Shown here: piece by piece, positions 60,910 to 64,000 of the stretch
How positions within the stretch are numbered: the stretch's first letter is position 1
Layout: the number at the start of each line of letters is the position of its first letter
Source of the DNA: Ostrea edulis
Lineage: Eukaryota
NCBI RefSeq assembly: GCF_947568905.1
Contig: NC_079170.1
Location: forward strand, 22,444,001-22,508,000
Direction: 5' to 3'
Length of the DNA stretch: 64,000 nt
Notes under the pieces: generated by a model
Databases searched by the model: none
Told to the model about the DNA's origin: nothing
What the model saw: the letters and a program-made list of their open reading frames with translations, nothing else
Made by a program: the position numbers and the translations under genes

Positions 60910-62423
60910 TCTTATAGATATTGCAGGCTATCAGCTAACTCAAATCTGGACAACTGGGAATAAAGTTACACTTTTAACAAAATATGGATGCACATTGGTC
61001 TATGCAGCAAAATAACAATTCAGATCTTACATAATTCAGATCTTAAATAAAATTTACTTTACTTTTTTTTTTTACAGAATTTAATGTCCAGAAGAAAGCC
61101 AAGGCTAAATTAAGCATAATTGAAATTTAACCAGAAAATTGAAAATGTAAATAAACTACTATGTTAAATACAGGGACCCCCCCCCCTTCTTTTTTTTTTT
61201 TTTTTTTACTACAGGCAACCTAGTTTTATATCAACTTTAACTATGTGCTTAAATAGGTTTATATACAGGCCTACATCGATCCCATGTTTTCCACGATTTT
61301 AGCATTTGCTGGAGAAAACAGTGACACAAAATATTAAAAGTCTTAATAGAAAAGGAGGGAGGGGACGTCATTTTCCAGAACATAAAATAATTTGAACTTA
61401 TTTACTAAACTTATTTACCGTGCCTGCTGGGTATTAGCCTAATTATGAAGTACAACAATTAACCACGGGGTCGAAGTGCAGCAACTTTTAAAAATCAAGA
61501 ATAAAATTACATAGACGAAAATTCCAACAGATTGCTTCGCTCGTGAAGCCCACCACGGAATTTCTAGTAATATGTACTTTTATCATGATTTATTGATAAA
61601 ATTGCCGACTCCTGTGGTCTAACGTAAAATTAATGTGCATTTTATCACAATCATTGTAAATTATTTGAATTAAAGAATGATGATCATACCTTTCTTCATG
61701 TTATATGTAGCTACTCTCTTTCCAAAGCCCAATAAAAACGACAGAGTACTTTAACTGTCCGTGAACAAATAGTTTAGAAAGTTCGACAAATTTTTCTCCA
61801 TTTTCACCCACCATGCAGCATCATCAACAGATCGAGGCGCCCTCTGTATTTTCATAACTGTGGGAGTTATCGTCCTTCCCAAAAAAAGAAGAGGAAGAAA
61901 TGGAAAGAAAGAAAGAAAAGAAAAAAACAATTGTTTACCGCGAAATCGTGAAATGGCATAGCCAATTTCGATATATCAAATCTTATATTCGCTTTTCGGA
62001 AATATACCTTCTCCAAAAACAATTTCAGATTTATAAACTGGTGCCCAATGTATTTTCACTTTCATTTTATAGGTATAACACGCTTGTCGGCTGTGATCGG
62101 TTACCTCGGTTAGAAGCCAGACACATATGTAAATTCTAGTAGAAATGGACAATATATGCCGAAGATCATATTTACTACTTCAAAAACTCAGCAGACCGTT
62201 GATCGGTGGTCGGTAAGAATGACGATGTGATTTTAACTCGAGTTTTCTCTTCACCCAAACTCTACTGCTGAAAAAAGTATAATATTGCTTGATTCGAAAG
62301 CTCAAGTGAGCTTTTCAGACCCAAATTTTTTTTCTTTGATATCCTTATCAATAACGTTTTACATTTTTCTACTTTTCAAAAAATTATCGGGACAATTTCG
62401 TCCCAATCTCGGCTGAGATTAAT

Positions 62424-62560
62424 CACAGGAGTCGGCAATTTTATCAATAAAGTAGAAATATATGAGAAATGGGCATAAATACTACCACTGAGCTTCGCGA
62501 ACGTAGCGAGCCCATTTCTCATATATTTCTACTTTATTGATAAAATTGCCGACTCCTGTG
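62424..62560. repeat. Fold-back element with perfect 51-bp arms
   Basis: Arms 62424-62474 and 62510-62560. A partial related arm lies at ~61585-61615. Confidence 0.9.
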
Positions 62561-63398
62561 GATTAATTCATTAAAACTAAAAGTATCTGTGTGTCATATG
62601 TGTGGACAATCTTCAGGTTTCTTCATATGAACTGAAGGACTATGCCCCCTTCCAATTAATTTGAATTTAAATAATAACTGTTGGGGGGGGGGGGGGTCCC
62701 ATTTTATGCTGCTAATAACCAACATCTGACTAATAAATTGTCAATTTGAACATGGGATAATTTTATGCAATTACCATGTGATCAAATTGACTTCCTAACA
62801 CTATAAAGAAGCAAAAAGACTCTAAAAAACTAGACATTTTTGTCAAAATGATATGCAAACCAGGGCTCAAAATTAAATATGCCTAGTCCGTAACTGGTTA
62901 AAAGCCTGGCGGACTGACTGACATTTGTTTTAGTCAGTTCAATACACGTATCAACACTTCGCGAAAGTTACGTCCCTTGTCCGCCATCTCCCGGATAAAA
63001 ATCGTATTTCCCTACGTTGGCCTTTGTAATTTTCCTATCTGTAGCTTTGACATCTGTTATTTTTCCATCAATTACAGTCAACTACAATATGCCCCAGATT
63101 GGGGCAACCCATTAACTTGTGTGAAAACTTGGTAATTGGCTAAAATTCAAAGTAATAACATCTTACATTTGGTAAGGTAAAGAAGGAAAACTTGGTTTTT
63201 CACCGATTGACCTTTGGCTGACCCCGCAAAGGGACGTAACTCGCGGCGAAGTGTTGATAGGTGTATTCCAATGGGACTGGTCAATTTTCTAATACATCAT
63301 TTTGGAAAATCTACTAATCGAATCTATACACACATTTGGCATTCCTCAGTAGATAATTGATGCACCCAATTAGTAAATATGAATCTTGAATAAGTATT

Positions 63399-64000
63399 AG
63401 GCTAAAAATAAAAATATGTTTGTTTCCCCTTGCCCGTCCGGGTCTATAAAAAAGGGCCCGTGTCAAAAGTTTTTTTTACCCAAAAATCGCACGTTTTTTA
63501 AAAAAATTATTATTATTATTTCTGGAACAAAAGTCGTTCTGATATGTTATTAAAGGAAGTGAACATGAAAATGTGACAAAGGGTTTAGATTTGTCATTTT
63601 GATGTATATAATGAATTCTGAAAATCACTAAGATGTAACTTTCTTCAATAGGGAGATATTTTATAAAGATTAACTGATCTTTTCAACCATATTGAAAAAA
63701 TATTACCTCCCTGCTGGGTTATCTCTTAGCATCCGCTAGAGGGCAGCACTGATGCTGACATCAGTAGGACACATTGTGTGTATTTTTGGAACATTGTAAG
63801 CATCAACGTTAAAATGTCATCAGCAAAGAGTGAATTAGATATGGGATATCAGGTTGAACCTGATGTTACAGAGGAAGAAATTGTTTCTCAGAATAATACT
63901 TCTTCACCAGCAGTTGATTTTAATGAGAGAGGAATTTTCCTTAAATGGTGTGCTTGTGAAAATTGTACAATGTAGCTATGTACATTCAAGGGGTGTCTTT
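63399..64000 (+). mobile_element. Probable left end of a Kolobok-type (KolobokP-like) DNA transposon, running off the window
   Basis: TT|AGGCTAAAAATAAAAATATGTTTGTTTCCCC start, followed by a Cys-rich ORF start. The family call is from recall only. Confidence 0.4.
63814..64000 (+). pseudogene. Start of a P2X7-ballast-like / His-Me-finger-like Cys-rich ORF, with a stop at 63973-63975
   Basis: GYQVEPD...WCACENCTM*LCTFKGCL resembles the YQFEP...WCxCxNC..M...C motif. Confidence 0.45.

Noticed and set aside
61690-61702. ATG AAG AAA G as the first coding exon of the CUB-like gene
   Set aside because: Splicing it to the acceptor before 60909 is out of frame and hits a stop, so it is more likely a 5' UTR exon with a uORF.

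Overview
AT-rich eukaryotic genomic DNA with spliceosomal introns. It is most likely a bivalve, probably an oyster; this is inferred from the secreted C1q-domain genes and the repeat families, not from a database hit. Most of the window is nested mobile DNA: a full-length two-gene ISL2EU/Harbinger-group DNA transposon (4026-10680), a full-length BEL/Pao LTR element (17855-23682) inside a decayed hAT, a full-length Gypsy element (36414-43841, minus) with an extra zinc-finger ORF, and many Penelope-like (PLE) fragments. It also holds three ~350-bp repeats with a hammerhead-ribozyme core (retrozyme-like), LINE and Tc1 remnants, SINEs, MITEs and two tRNA-containing TG..CA mini-LTR-like repeats. 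I reconstructed four host genes by hand from GT-AG phase-compatible exons, all on the minus strand: two paralogous 193-aa secreted C1qDC genes in a ~2.6-kb duplication, a 133-aa DUF1761-like membrane protein, and a 396-aa single-pass membrane protein with a CUB-like ectodomain and three PPxY motifs. All family assignments come from motif recognition by eye; no searches were run.
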